Source: Candidatus Saganbacteria bacterium (lineage in GTDB: Bacteria > Margulisbacteria > WOR-1 > JAKLHX01). From it: a stretch of DNA of 32,000 bases. Below the pieces are notes generated by a model. That model was not told the origin of the DNA. It worked only from the letters and a program-made list of their open reading frames with translations, and made no database searches. This document shows positions 1 through 7,967 of the stretch, one piece after another. The DNA lies in assembly GCA_026387835.1 (NCBI GenBank), contig JAPLKZ010000011.1, forward strand, positions 108,062-140,061, written 5' to 3'. Both the position numbers and the translations under genes were made by a program. Within the stretch, counting starts at the first letter, position 1. Each line of letters starts with the position of its first letter.

Positions 1-447
1 CGTTGAAGCAAAGATGTCGTGTATCTGCTCGTCAGGCGTGTCCTCGTACATCTTGATCTCTTCAAGGACTACGTTCCTTTCCATGTCCAGGTCCTTTTCA
101 AGGTAAAGGGAGTCCAGGAAAATATCGCCCAGCACATCGGCGGCGACATTGAAATATTTATCCTGCACAACGGCATAATAGACCGTATACTCTTTTCCGG
201 TGAACGCGTTCAGCCTGCCTCCGACGCGGTCGAGTGCCTGGGCGATCTCAAAGGCCGACCTTTTTTTGGTGCCCTTGAAGGTCGTGTGTTCTATGAAATG
301 GGATATCCCCATGACGTCTTTATTTTCCGTTATCGAGCCGGCCCCGACGGTCAGGCCTATGCTTACCGAGCGAAGGTGAGGCAACTCTTCAATAGCGACT
401 TTGATGCCGTTCTCTAAAATATCTATATCGGCGTTTGGGATTTTCAT
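1..447 (-). CDS. M16 family zinc peptidase (insulinase-like), N-terminal part, truncated by window edge
   Basis: Reading the minus strand from ATG at 447 gives MKIPNADIDILENGIKVAIEELPHLRSVSIGLTVGAGSITENKDVMGISHFIEHTTFKGTKKRSAFEIAQALDRVGGRLNAFTGKEYTVYYA..., with the HxxEH zinc motif (HFIEH). It is open to position 1. The ORF track lists only an antisense ORF here. Confidence 0.93.
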   Translation of the reverse strand, partial: MKIPNADIDILENGIKVAIEELPHLRSVSIGLTVGAGSITENKDVMGISHFIEHTTFKGTKKRSAFEIAQALDRVGGRLNAFTGKEYTVYYAVVQDKYFNVAADVLGDIFLDSLYLEKDLDMERNVVLEEIKMYEDTPDEQIHDIFAST

Positions 448-485
448 TTTTATTGGCGCTGAAGACGTTCAGTAATCACTTCAAC

Positions 486-1100
486 TTATCTATAAAGTCC
501 CTTCTTGTTGATATATCTCAAAACCGCCTTAGGGATCATTCTATCAATATTCTTCCCCTTTTTCATTCTTTCCCTGATATCGCTTGAAGAAAGGTCCATC
601 TTAAGTTCGAATAGTTCCACCTTGTCTTTATTGATGCTGATAGGGGGGAACTTCATTATTCTTCTGAAAGTGCGCAGCTTTGACCCCGGCCTGGTCGCTA
701 TTAAAAATTGGCAGAGTTTAAAAAGCTCCAGCGGTTTTTTCCAGCTGAGGATGCTGTTTATCGAATCAAGTCCCATAATATAGAACAATTTCGTTTCGCT
801 TCCGAAGCGCCTCTTTAATTTTTTGAAAGTGTCAATGGCATACGAGTAACCTTTTCTATCGATCTCTATCCGTGAGACGGTGAACTTTTTGCGGCCTTTT
901 AAGGCGAGGCGGACCATCTTCATCCTGGCCTGTTTCGGGGCAAGGTCCTTATCGCTTTTGTGCGGGGGAAAGCCTGTCGGGACAAATATTACCGTTTCAA
1001 GGCCGAATTCTTTTACCGCTTTTTTTGCGAGTGCGATGTGGCCGTTGTGGACAGGATTGAAAGTCCCGCCGAGGATGCCGACCCTTTTCAAACCCTGCAC
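486..1100 (-). CDS. nadD: Nicotinate-nucleotide adenylyltransferase
   Basis: GILGGTFNPVHNGHIALAK nucleotidyltransferase motif and terminal SSSDIRERMKKGK; located next to proA/proB. Confidence 0.93.
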   Translation of the reverse strand: MQGLKRVGILGGTFNPVHNGHIALAKKAVKEFGLETVIFVPTGFPPHKSDKDLAPKQARMKMVRLALKGRKKFTVSRIEIDRKGYSYAIDTFKKLKRRFGSETKLFYIMGLDSINSILSWKKPLELFKLCQFLIATRPGSKLRTFRRIMKFPPISINKDKVELFELKMDLSSSDIRERMKKGKNIDRMIPKAVLRYINKKGLYR

Positions 1101-2338
1101 TGCCCGTTCCCTTCGACAATATATTTATAGGTTGTAAGCTCTTTCAGTCCCATCGGGCCACGCGCGTGTAGTTTTTGGGTGGAAATTCCTATTTCCGCGC
1201 CAAAACCGAACTCGCCGCCGTCAGTAAATCTTGTGGAAGCGTTCACGTACAACGCGGCTGAATCTATTTTTGATGTGAAGGCTTTTGCCTTTTCCGCATC
1301 TTTCGTAAGTATTGTTTCGCTGTGGTGCGAGCCGTATTTTGATATATGTTCTATCGCTTCATCAAGTCCGCTGACGACCTTTACCGCAAGTATCAGGTCC
1401 AGATATTCAGTGTACCAATCTTTCTCGACAGCGTTTTTTACCAATTTATCGATAGCTTTGGTCTTTTTGCATCCTCTGATCTCGACTCCCGTGGCTTTAA
1501 GGCGTTCGAGCATCTTCGGTAGAAAGACTCCGGCTATTTTTTCATCCACAAGCAGCGTTTCGATGGCATTACAAACCGAAGGACGCTGGACTTTGGCGTT
1601 GAACACGACATCCTCTGCCATTTTAAGATCGGCACTTTCCTCGACATAAGCGTGGCAGTTGCCGACCCCGGTCTCTATGACAGGGACCCTGGAATTTTCA
1701 ACGACCATATTGATCAATCCTGCGCCGCCCCTGGGGATCACGCAGTCGATGTATTGCCGGAGGCCGAGAAGGTCTTTTACAGCGGACCTTTCCGTTGTTT
1801 TTATGAATTCTATCGAACTTTTTGGAAGACCGGCTGAGGACGCCGCGTCCGATATTATTTTTGCGATGCAGGAATTCGTATTTACCGCGTCACTTCCGCC
1901 GCGCAGGATGACGCAGTTGCCAGCTTTGATGCAAAGGCCGGCCGCGTCAACCGTCACGTTGGGACGGGCTTCATATATTATCGCTATCGTCCCGATCGGC
2001 ACGCGGACTTTTTTTATCCTGAGGCCGTTAGGCCTGGTCCATTCTTCAATGACCTCTCCGACAGGGTCGGGAAGGCCGATCACAATATCAAGCCCTTTGC
2101 ACATCTCATCGATCCTTTTTTGGTCCAGTGCGAGTCTGTCTATAAGTGCGTTTGAAAGGCCTTTTCTGATGCCGGACTTAACATCCTTTTCATTTGCCGA
2201 CATGATCCCGGCGGAGTTTTCCTTAAGAGCCTCTGCCATCTTTTTCAATGCCGCGTTCTTTTTTCCGGCAGGGGCTACTGCAAGGAGCCGCGCCGCCAGA
2301 GCAGCATTTTTAGCTTTTATTTCCGTTTCTTTTTTCAC
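1088..2338 (-). CDS. proA: Gamma-glutamyl phosphate reductase
   Basis: Full-length 416 aa with IIYEARPNVTVDAAGLCIKAGN and HSETILT-type motifs; overlaps nadD by 13 nt. Confidence 0.96.
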   Translation of the reverse strand: MKKETEIKAKNAALAARLLAVAPAGKKNAALKKMAEALKENSAGIMSANEKDVKSGIRKGLSNALIDRLALDQKRIDEMCKGLDIVIGLPDPVGEVIEEWTRPNGLRIKKVRVPIGTIAIIYEARPNVTVDAAGLCIKAGNCVILRGGSDAVNTNSCIAKIISDAASSAGLPKSSIEFIKTTERSAVKDLLGLRQYIDCVIPRGGAGLINMVVENSRVPVIETGVGNCHAYVEESADLKMAEDVVFNAKVQRPSVCNAIETLLVDEKIAGVFLPKMLERLKATGVEIRGCKKTKAIDKLVKNAVEKDWYTEYLDLILAVKVVSGLDEAIEHISKYGSHHSETILTKDAEKAKAFTSKIDSAALYVNASTRFTDGGEFGFGAEIGISTQKLHARGPMGLKELTTYKYIVEGNGQCRV

Positions 2339-2371
2339 AGGATCACCATATCAAGTCCCCCCGGTCTTTTT

Positions 2372-3166
2372 TTATTTTTTATGAGATTTTGGTATAAATA
2401 GAGTCCCGATATTTTCCCCGCTCAAGATCCTTTTTACGACATCTTTTTCTTTGCTGAGCGCAATGACCAAGGGTATCCCGGCGTTCCCCGCGATAGCTGC
2501 CGCCCTGAGCTTAGTTTGCATTCCGCCGATTCCAAATGACGAATCCGAACCTTTGGCGGCCTTTTCTACCTCTTTAGTGATCTTATTGATCTCGGAAAGG
2601 ACCGTTCTGTCCTTGATGAACCCCTCCACATTGCTCAGGATAACTAAAAGGTCGGCGTCCGCAAGGTCGGCCACCAAAGCCGACAGGGTATCGTTATCTC
2701 CAAACTTTATCTCATCGACCGAAACTGTGTCGTTCTCGTTTATTATGGGGATGGCCTTGAATTTTAAAATTTGCCTGATCGTGTTCCTTGAATTTATGCG
2801 GCGCTGGAAGTTCTCGATCGCGTCCCGGGTCAAAAGCACCTGCGATACCGTGATCCCGAAAGAGGCAAAGTTTTTTTCATATTCTTTCATCAGAAGAGGT
2901 TGTCCGATGGCTGCGGCAGCCTGTTTTTCTTCAATAGTCTTAAGAGAACCTTTATGGGAAAGCTTCTGTGATCCCGCCGCGATCGCGCCGGAAGTTACCA
3001 CTATAACCTTTTTGCCGAGGTCCTTTATCAGATAAGAGATCTCTTTTGAGAGTTTTTTGAAAAGCCTGGAGTCAAGCCGGCCAGTACTGTCCGTGAGCGA
3101 GCTGGTCCCTATCTTGATGACGATCAAGGCGGCATCGGATAATGTTTGGCGAGAAAAAGTTGCCAT
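2372..3166 (-). CDS. proB: Glutamate 5-kinase, short form without the C-terminal PUA domain
   Basis: VIKIGTSSLTDSTGRLD, VTSGAIAAG, PIINENDTVSVDEIKFGDNDTLSALVA, GGMQTKLRAAAIA motifs; only 264 aa. Confidence 0.95.
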   Translation of the reverse strand: MATFSRQTLSDAALIVIKIGTSSLTDSTGRLDSRLFKKLSKEISYLIKDLGKKVIVVTSGAIAAGSQKLSHKGSLKTIEEKQAAAAIGQPLLMKEYEKNFASFGITVSQVLLTRDAIENFQRRINSRNTIRQILKFKAIPIINENDTVSVDEIKFGDNDTLSALVADLADADLLVILSNVEGFIKDRTVLSEINKITKEVEKAAKGSDSSFGIGGMQTKLRAAAIAGNAGIPLVIALSKEKDVVKRILSGENIGTLFIPKSHKK

Positions 3167-3174
3167 AAGAGGTG

Positions 3175-3417
3175 TCAGGCCGGGACTATGCTGACTTTTC
3201 TATTGCTTCCGAAAACGACCTTGCCGCCTGTAAGTGCGAAGAGAGTATCGTCTTTGCCGATGCCGACCCCTACGCCCGCCTTGAATTTGGTCCCTCTTTG
3301 CCTGAGTATGATAGAGCCCGCGTTGATGGTCTCCCCGCCGTAGGCTTTCACGCCGAGCCTCTGGCCGTTAGAGTCTCTGCCGTTACATGAAGTCCCTCCG
3401 CCTTTTTTATGTGCCAT
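3175..3417 (-). CDS. rpmA: 50S ribosomal protein L27
   Basis: [48 protein letters not shown] is characteristic of L27; adjacent to L21. Confidence 0.97.
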   Translation of the reverse strand: MAHKKGGGTSCNGRDSNGQRLGVKAYGGETINAGSIILRQRGTKFKAGVGVGIGKDDTLFALTGGKVVFGSNRKVSIVPA

Positions 3418-3436
3418 GTCTGTTCTCCTAAAATAG

Positions 3437-3748
3437 TCAGGTTGATATTTTTTCGACCTGAAGCCTTGTATACTTCTGACGGTGCCCGATCGTCCTGTGG
3501 TAATTGATCTTGTTCTTATATTTGAAAGAGACGACCTTTTTATCCTTTATCTCATCAAGGACTTTGCTCTCGACGGTGGCGCCTTTTACATACGGAGTGC
3601 CGATCTTTATCGCATCATCATCCGAAACGAGCAATACCTTGTCAAACGCCACGGTCTCGTCTTTTTTTAAAGCAAGAAGTTCGACATCTATTACAGATCC
3701 CGGACCGACTTTATATTGTTTATTGCCGGACTCGATTATCGCGTACAT
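3437..3748 (-). CDS. rplU: 50S ribosomal protein L21
   Basis: [23 protein letters not shown] ... [24 protein letters not shown]. Confidence 0.97.
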   Translation of the reverse strand: MYAIIESGNKQYKVGPGSVIDVELLALKKDETVAFDKVLLVSDDDAIKIGTPYVKGATVESKVLDEIKDKKVVSFKYKNKINYHRTIGHRQKYTRLQVEKIST

Positions 3749-3757
3749 TATGATATA

Positions 3758-3786
3758 AATATATCAAAAAAAAATGCCCTTGTCAA
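3758..3786 (-). promoter_or_regulatory. Sigma-70-type promoter of the rplU operon
   Basis: Minus strand TTGACA (3786-3781), 17-nt spacer, TATATT (3763-3758); predicted start site about 3751, 3 nt before the rplU ATG. Confidence 0.75.
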
Positions 3787-3808
3787 CGAGAGCGTATTTT
3801 GCTATAAT
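3780..3808 (+). promoter_or_regulatory. Sigma-70-type promoter of the infC operon
   Basis: TTGTCA (3780-3785), 17-nt spacer, TATAAT (3803-3808). Confidence 0.8.
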
Positions 3809-3831
3809 CTCAAATAATCGGAGGCACAGAC

Positions 3832-4341
3832 ATAGCCCCAAAATATTTCTTGATAAACGAGATGATCCGAGCAAAAGAGGTCAGGGTCATTGACAGCGAC
3901 GGATCCCCGCTCGGGGTCCTTCCGACACAGACAGCTATCACCACGGCGCTTGACAAGGGGTTCGATCTTATTTTGATATCGCCGGACGCAAATCCTCCAG
4001 TATGCAGGATAGCCGACATGGGGAAGATGCGTTACGAGCAGGCAAAGAAGGAAAAACAGTCGAGAAAAGGGCAGAAAGCGGGGCAGCTTAAAGAAATAAC
4101 GCTTTCGATAAAGATCGGGGAGCATGATTTTCAGGTCAAGGCGGCCCGGGCAAAGGAGTTCCTGGAAAAAGGCTGCAAGGTAAAAGTATCTCTGCGGTTC
4201 CGCGGCAGGGAAGTGACGCATCCGGATATCGGAAGAAGGTTGATGGAAAGGATGGGAGATACTCTTTCAGTCGCAGGGAAAGTCGAGTCTTTGGCAAGTG
4301 CTGATGCCAGGAACATGATACTGATACTGTCCCCAAAATGA
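3832..4341 (+). CDS. infC: Translation initiation factor IF-3, proposed AUA start codon
   Basis: ORF track starts at TTG 3850. In-frame upstream extension reads ATA GCC CCA AAA TAT TTC TTG ATA AAC GAG = (M)APKYFLINEMIRAKEVRVIDSDGSPLGV. GGAGG lies at 3820-3824, 7 nt before ATA, and an in-frame stop TAA is at 3805. Confidence 0.85.
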   Translation: MAPKYFLINEMIRAKEVRVIDSDGSPLGVLPTQTAITTALDKGFDLILISPDANPPVCRIADMGKMRYEQAKKEKQSRKGQKAGQLKEITLSIKIGEHDFQVKAARAKEFLEKGCKVKVSLRFRGREVTHPDIGRRLMERMGDTLSVAGKVESLASADARNMILILSPK

Positions 4342-4396
4342 TGAAGACCTGAAAAAACCCTTCAAAATGTGTTATTATTTATATTAAGGATACAAA

Positions 4397-4603
4397 ATGC
4401 CTAAAAACAAGATTAAAACAAGAAAAGCGGCCGCAAAGAGATTCCGTTTTACGGGGACCGGAAAGATCGTAAGAAGAAAAGCCTATAAAAGGCATATCCT
4501 TGAATCCAAGACATCTAAACAGAAAAGACGGTTAAGCAAGGATATCCTGGTGTCAAAATCTGACGAGCACCGCGTGAGATCCATGCTTGCCGGCCAAAAA
4601 TAA
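4397..4603 (+). CDS. rpmI: 50S ribosomal protein L35
   Basis: [46 protein letters not shown]. Confidence 0.97.
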   Translation: MPKNKIKTRKAAAKRFRFTGTGKIVRRKAYKRHILESKTSKQKRRLSKDILVSKSDEHRVRSMLAGQK

Positions 4604-4618
4604 GAAAGGTCTATTTAA

Positions 4619-4969
4619 ATGGTAAGGGTAAAAAGAGGATTCGTTGCAAGAAGAAAAAGAAAAAAAGTATTAAAGAGGGCTAAAGGCTTCAGAGGATCCC
4701 TCAGCAGGCTTTACCGGGCCGCGAAACAGGCCGTATATCACTCGCAAAGATATGCCACTGCCGACAGGCGAACAAGAAAAGGCGACTTCCGTGCGCTCTG
4801 GAACGCGAGGATAAACGCCGCGGTAAGAAAATACGGACTTTCATACAGCAGGTTCATCAACAGCTTAAAGAAGAACAAGATATTGCTTAACAGGAAGATG
4901 CTTTCCGACCTTGCCATCTTTGATCCAAAAGCCTTCTCAAAGATAGTCGATATTGTGAAGAGCAAATAG
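4619..4969 (+). CDS. rplT: 50S ribosomal protein L20
   Basis: [26 protein letters not shown] ... [24 protein letters not shown]. Confidence 0.97.
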   Translation: MVRVKRGFVARRKRKKVLKRAKGFRGSLSRLYRAAKQAVYHSQRYATADRRTRKGDFRALWNARINAAVRKYGLSYSRFINSLKKNKILLNRKMLSDLAIFDPKAFSKIVDIVKSK

Positions 4970-4970
4970 T

Positions 4971-5462
4971 ATGATCCAGATGGAAGTCGGCGGTTTAGGA
5001 TTTGACCCCAGGAACTTTTCCCCTCTGGTGCTGCTGAAAGACAAAGACGAACTCAATTTTCTCCCAATATGGATAGGGATATTTGAGGCGACGGCCATTG
5101 CGATGGAGCTTCAGGGCATCAAAGCCCCGCGGCCCATGACGCATGATCTTTTAAAGGATACCATAGATAAGTTCGGCGGCAAGATCACAAGGGTCGTCAT
5201 AAACGACATCAAGGAAGGCACGTTCTATGCCACGGTCGAGATCGACACTAAAGACCAGAAAAAAATGATACTTGACGCGAGGCCGTCCGACGCGATAGCC
5301 CTTGCCGTCAGGAGCAGCTGCCCTGTTTTTGTCTCTGAAGTTGTCATGATGCAGTCAAAGCTGGTCAACGCGGAAAAAGACGCCGAGGAAACCCAGAAGT
5401 TCAAAGATTTCATCGAGAACATGAAGCCGGAAGATTTCAACCAGTATTATAAGAAAGACTAA
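4971..5462 (+). CDS. Bifunctional nuclease (BFN/DUF151) domain protein
   Basis: LPIWIGIFEATAIAMELQGIKAPRPMTHDLLKDTI ... GTFYATVEI ... DARPSDAIALAVRSSCPVFVSEVV. Confidence 0.93.
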   Translation: MIQMEVGGLGFDPRNFSPLVLLKDKDELNFLPIWIGIFEATAIAMELQGIKAPRPMTHDLLKDTIDKFGGKITRVVINDIKEGTFYATVEIDTKDQKKMILDARPSDAIALAVRSSCPVFVSEVVMMQSKLVNAEKDAEETQKFKDFIENMKPEDFNQYYKKD

Positions 5463-5618
5463 AAAGAGCTGAAGAGCTGAAGGCTGAAGTAACCCCTCAA
5501 GATTTCCATTTGATATAATAAGAAAAGCCCCCAAGACATCCTTAAGCTGCTTTTGCAAAAACCATCGAACAATAATGAAATTCTTTGCAAATTATCACGA
5601 TGATATTATTGATAACAT

Positions 5619-6452
5619 ATGCTAAACGAAACATACACCGCTAAAAATATTTGGAATCTAAGCGCAACTTCGTATCATGCATATACAAAACGCTTTCGGA
5701 TGCATGCCAATATAGCAACCCGACTGATCGCAATGGCAGGATTGAGAGTTGGCGAACATGTTTTAGACTTCGGTGCTGGAACGGGAGTCGCAACCTTGAA
5801 AATCGCGGAATCCGTGGGTAATGAGGGCAGAGTCGTTGCCTATGATTTAAGTGAAAACATGCTGAAAATTGCCCAACAAGAGTGTAAGTCCCATTCCAAC
5901 ATAGTATTTGTTTTAGCACACTCTGATGAAATAAATGAAAAGCTTTGCAATGAAAAGTTTTCGGCTGCGATATGCAGCAATTCTTTTTTTCATATTGATT
6001 CAAAAGAAGCCTTTCTTAAAAGCCTTATGGGTCTATCCATGCCTGGATTCAGGATGACTTTTAGCCTTTATGAGACCGTTTTTCACGACCCTGAATATAT
6101 CAAAGGCAGAGAACAGTCAGATGATTTTTTTTCAAATATACTTTATTGCTCCAGACAAAGAGGATTTGGAAACATGCAAAGACAAGAAAGATATCAAAGA
6201 TTAGATTTTAATGCTTTATTGCGCCTTTTTGAAAAATATGGCCTAAAATTAGAGAAACCCCAAATAGAAAAAATGCAAAGACCTTTCGAAGATAGAGTTG
6301 CGTTCTTCAAGATTCCAGCAATTTTATTTGAAATTCTTCCGGGAATTCCTCTTAGCGAAGCAAGCATGATAATAAATTTAGCCTCTGCCATGACAAAGAA
6401 CAGACAAGTTCAAAATAGAAGGAGTTATCTTTTTAAGGCATCAGCCATATAA
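5619..6452 (+). CDS. Class I SAM-dependent methyltransferase
   Basis: GEHVLDFGAGTGVATLKIAE (motif I), VAYDLSENMLKIAQQE, FSAAICSNSFFHI. Substrate unknown. Confidence 0.85.
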   Translation: MLNETYTAKNIWNLSATSYHAYTKRFRMHANIATRLIAMAGLRVGEHVLDFGAGTGVATLKIAESVGNEGRVVAYDLSENMLKIAQQECKSHSNIVFVLAHSDEINEKLCNEKFSAAICSNSFFHIDSKEAFLKSLMGLSMPGFRMTFSLYETVFHDPEYIKGREQSDDFFSNILYCSRQRGFGNMQRQERYQRLDFNALLRLFEKYGLKLEKPQIEKMQRPFEDRVAFFKIPAILFEILPGIPLSEASMIINLASAMTKNRQVQNRRSYLFKASAI

Positions 6453-6472
6453 TAAGCGTTAGGAATTTAAAA

Positions 6473-6544
6473 TGGGCGTGGTAGGGATCGAACCTACGAC
6501 CTCATCAGTGTGAATGATGCGTTCTACCACTAAACTACACGCCC
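6473..6544 (-). tRNA. tRNA-Val (anticodon CAC)
   Basis: Minus strand GGGCGTGTAGTTTAGTGGTAGAACGCATCATTCACACTGATGAGGTCGTAGGTTCGATCCCTACCACGCCCA. Anticodon stem CATCA/TGATG, loop TTCACAC; CCA not encoded. Confidence 0.95.
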
Positions 6545-6548
6545 GTGA

Positions 6549-6576
6549 CCCTTCGACTCGCTTCGCTCGCTCAGGG
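6549..6576. repeat. CCCTTCGACTCGCTTCGCTCGCTCAGGG palindrome-like intergenic repeat
   Basis: Imperfect inverted repeat lying between the two tRNA-Val genes; related to the core at 24471-24489 (CCCTTCGGCAGGCTCAGGG). Confidence 0.75.
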
Positions 6577-6580
6577 TAAA

Positions 6581-6652
6581 TGGGCGCGGTAGGGATCGAA
6601 CCTACGACCTCCTCGGTGTAAACGAGGCATTCTACCACTAAACTACGCGCCC
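6581..6652 (-). tRNA. tRNA-Val (anticodon TAC)
   Basis: Minus strand GGGCGCGTAGTTTAGTGGTAGAATGCCTCGTTTACACCGAGGAGGTCGTAGGTTCGATCCCTACCGCGCCCA. Anticodon stem CCTCG/CGAGG, loop TTTACAC. Confidence 0.95.
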
Positions 6653-6712
6653 ACATGACAAATGACCGATAACTAAAACTGCTGACCAGTTTATTATAAC
6701 ATTGATAAATTA

Positions 6713-6771
6713 CAATAAAAAAACCCGCATCGAGTGATACGGGGTTTGATCTTTTAAGACCTAATGCTAAT
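6713..6771. terminator. Terminator-like hairpin, copy 1 of a duplicated ~60-nt element
   Basis: AATAAAAAAACCCGCATCGAGTGATACGGGGTTTGATCTTTT, a stem flanked by A and T tracts on both sides. Confidence 0.65.
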
Positions 6772-6881
6772 ATCTGTAAAATCGTAAAAACCGTAAAATC
6801 AGTGAAATTTACAAATAAAGCTGTCGATAACAATCTGTGAAGAATCGGTCTTCAAAAATTTAATTAAGAAAGGCAAACAAC

Positions 6882-7358
6882 ATGAGCGATGCAGCAATAG
6901 GCCCGACAAATTTAATAGACACTACGATTTCTATGAACCAAGACCTCGTCAAAGAATACCAGAAGCTCTATCAGTCGACAAATACTAGTTTAAAGGACAA
7001 GCAGACTTATAGTAATTGTATCGTCGGCGTCTCATTGAGTATCATAATTCTTAACGCTGCAAAGGCACTGAGCAGCACCAACGAAGCAATAAGGGTTCAG
7101 GCGGTCAAAAGCGTTGCAACGAAGCACAAGGACAATTATCCTGCAATCGGACTTTTATCGAAAGTACTTAGTCAAGATCCAAGCAACACGGTCCGTATTG
7201 AGGCTGTAAAAGCTATCTCGGTTATAGGCGGACGTGATGCCGAACAAATACTTGTTGACAATCTCAGAAAACAGTCCGCCGCTGTTCGTAAGGAAATTGT
7301 TAATGCTCTGAAGGAAGTCGTGGAGACCAATGATAAGGCGCTGCGAGATTTGCGTTAA
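6882..7358 (+). CDS. HEAT-repeat domain protein
   Basis: 158 aa with helical pairs such as NEAIRVQAVKSVATKHKDNYPAIGLLSKVLSQDPSNTVRIEAVKAISVIGGRDAEQILVDNLRKQSAAVRKEIVNALKEV. Confidence 0.75.
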   Translation: MSDAAIGPTNLIDTTISMNQDLVKEYQKLYQSTNTSLKDKQTYSNCIVGVSLSIIILNAAKALSSTNEAIRVQAVKSVATKHKDNYPAIGLLSKVLSQDPSNTVRIEAVKAISVIGGRDAEQILVDNLRKQSAAVRKEIVNALKEVVETNDKALRDLR

Positions 7359-7377
7359 AAACACAATCTCTTGTAAA

Positions 7378-7437
7378 CAATAAAAAAACCCCGCATCGAG
7401 TGATACGGGGTTTGATTTTTTAAGGCCTAGTACTGAT
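7378..7437. terminator. Bidirectional terminator between convergent genes, copy 2 of the duplicated element
   Basis: AATAAAAAAACCCCGCATCGAGTGATACGGGGTTTGATTTTTT, located between the HEAT gene (+) and the RRM gene (-). Confidence 0.85.
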
Positions 7438-7745
7438 TAGTACGCGTTGAAGCCTCTGTTGCCTCTGCCTTCGCGTCTTCCGCCTCCGCCGCTGCCTTCT
7501 GACTTCGGCTTGGCTTCGTTGATGGTAAGCTCTCTGTCGCCCCATTTGTAGCCGGTCAATCCTTCGATGGCTTTCTGGGCGTCAGCGTCTTCCATGTCAA
7601 CAAAACCGAATCCTCTGGATTTTCCAGAGAACTTGTCGGTGACAACCCTTGCAGATATCACGTTACCGAACTGGGAGAATTTCTCCTGAAGATCGGCATC
7701 GGCTACTGACCAGGGAAGGTTCCCGACAAATATCGTCTTTGCCAT
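7437..7745 (-). CDS. RRM-type RNA-binding protein with Gly/Arg-rich tail
   Basis: MAKTIFVGNLPWSVADADLQEKFSQFGNVISARVVTDKFSGKSRGFGFVDMEDADAQKAI (RNP2/RNP1) and GSGGGGRREGRGNRG tail. Start placed at 7745, preceded by AGGAG, rather than the ORF-track start at 7790. Confidence 0.93.
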   Translation of the reverse strand: MAKTIFVGNLPWSVADADLQEKFSQFGNVISARVVTDKFSGKSRGFGFVDMEDADAQKAIEGLTGYKWGDRELTINEAKPKSEGSGGGGRREGRGNRGFNAY

Positions 7746-7904
7746 ATTGGACTCCTGACATATTTTTCTGTTGCTTAATGGCGTTTTCAAAAGGACACAG
7801 CAGCTTATTTGACAGCCGGCCTGAAAAAATAACCAGATCTACAGTCTATCCGGTTACATGTCAAAAAAACATCTTACCATTAAACCTCGACCTTTGACAT
7901 AATT

Positions 7905-7913
7905 ATTATACCA
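7905..7913 (-). promoter_or_regulatory. Extended -10 promoter candidate for the RRM gene
   Basis: Minus strand TGGTATAAT (TGn plus TATAAT); a TTGACA at 7930-7925 has a short 14-nt spacer. Predicts a ~150-nt 5' leader. Confidence 0.5.
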
Positions 7914-7923
7914 TAACCTTACC

Positions 7924-7953
7924 CTGTCAATAGGGCTTTTGCCTATTTATAAT
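7924..7953 (+). promoter_or_regulatory. Promoter candidate for yqeY
   Basis: CTGTCA (7924-7929), 18-nt spacer, TATAAT (7948-7953); a second TATAAT at 7956-7961. Confidence 0.5.
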
Positions 7954-7967
7954 GTTATAATAATAAT

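Noticed and set aside
505-3390. Plus-strand ORFs opposite nadD/proA/proB/rpmA
   Set aside because: Antisense to clearly recognisable conserved genes, with no coherent domains.
6459-6833. 124-aa minus ORF including 'SLVVECLVYTEEVVGSIPTAPI' repeats
   Set aside because: It is a translation across two tRNA-Val genes and the intergenic palindrome; the internal protein repeat is the tRNA duplication.
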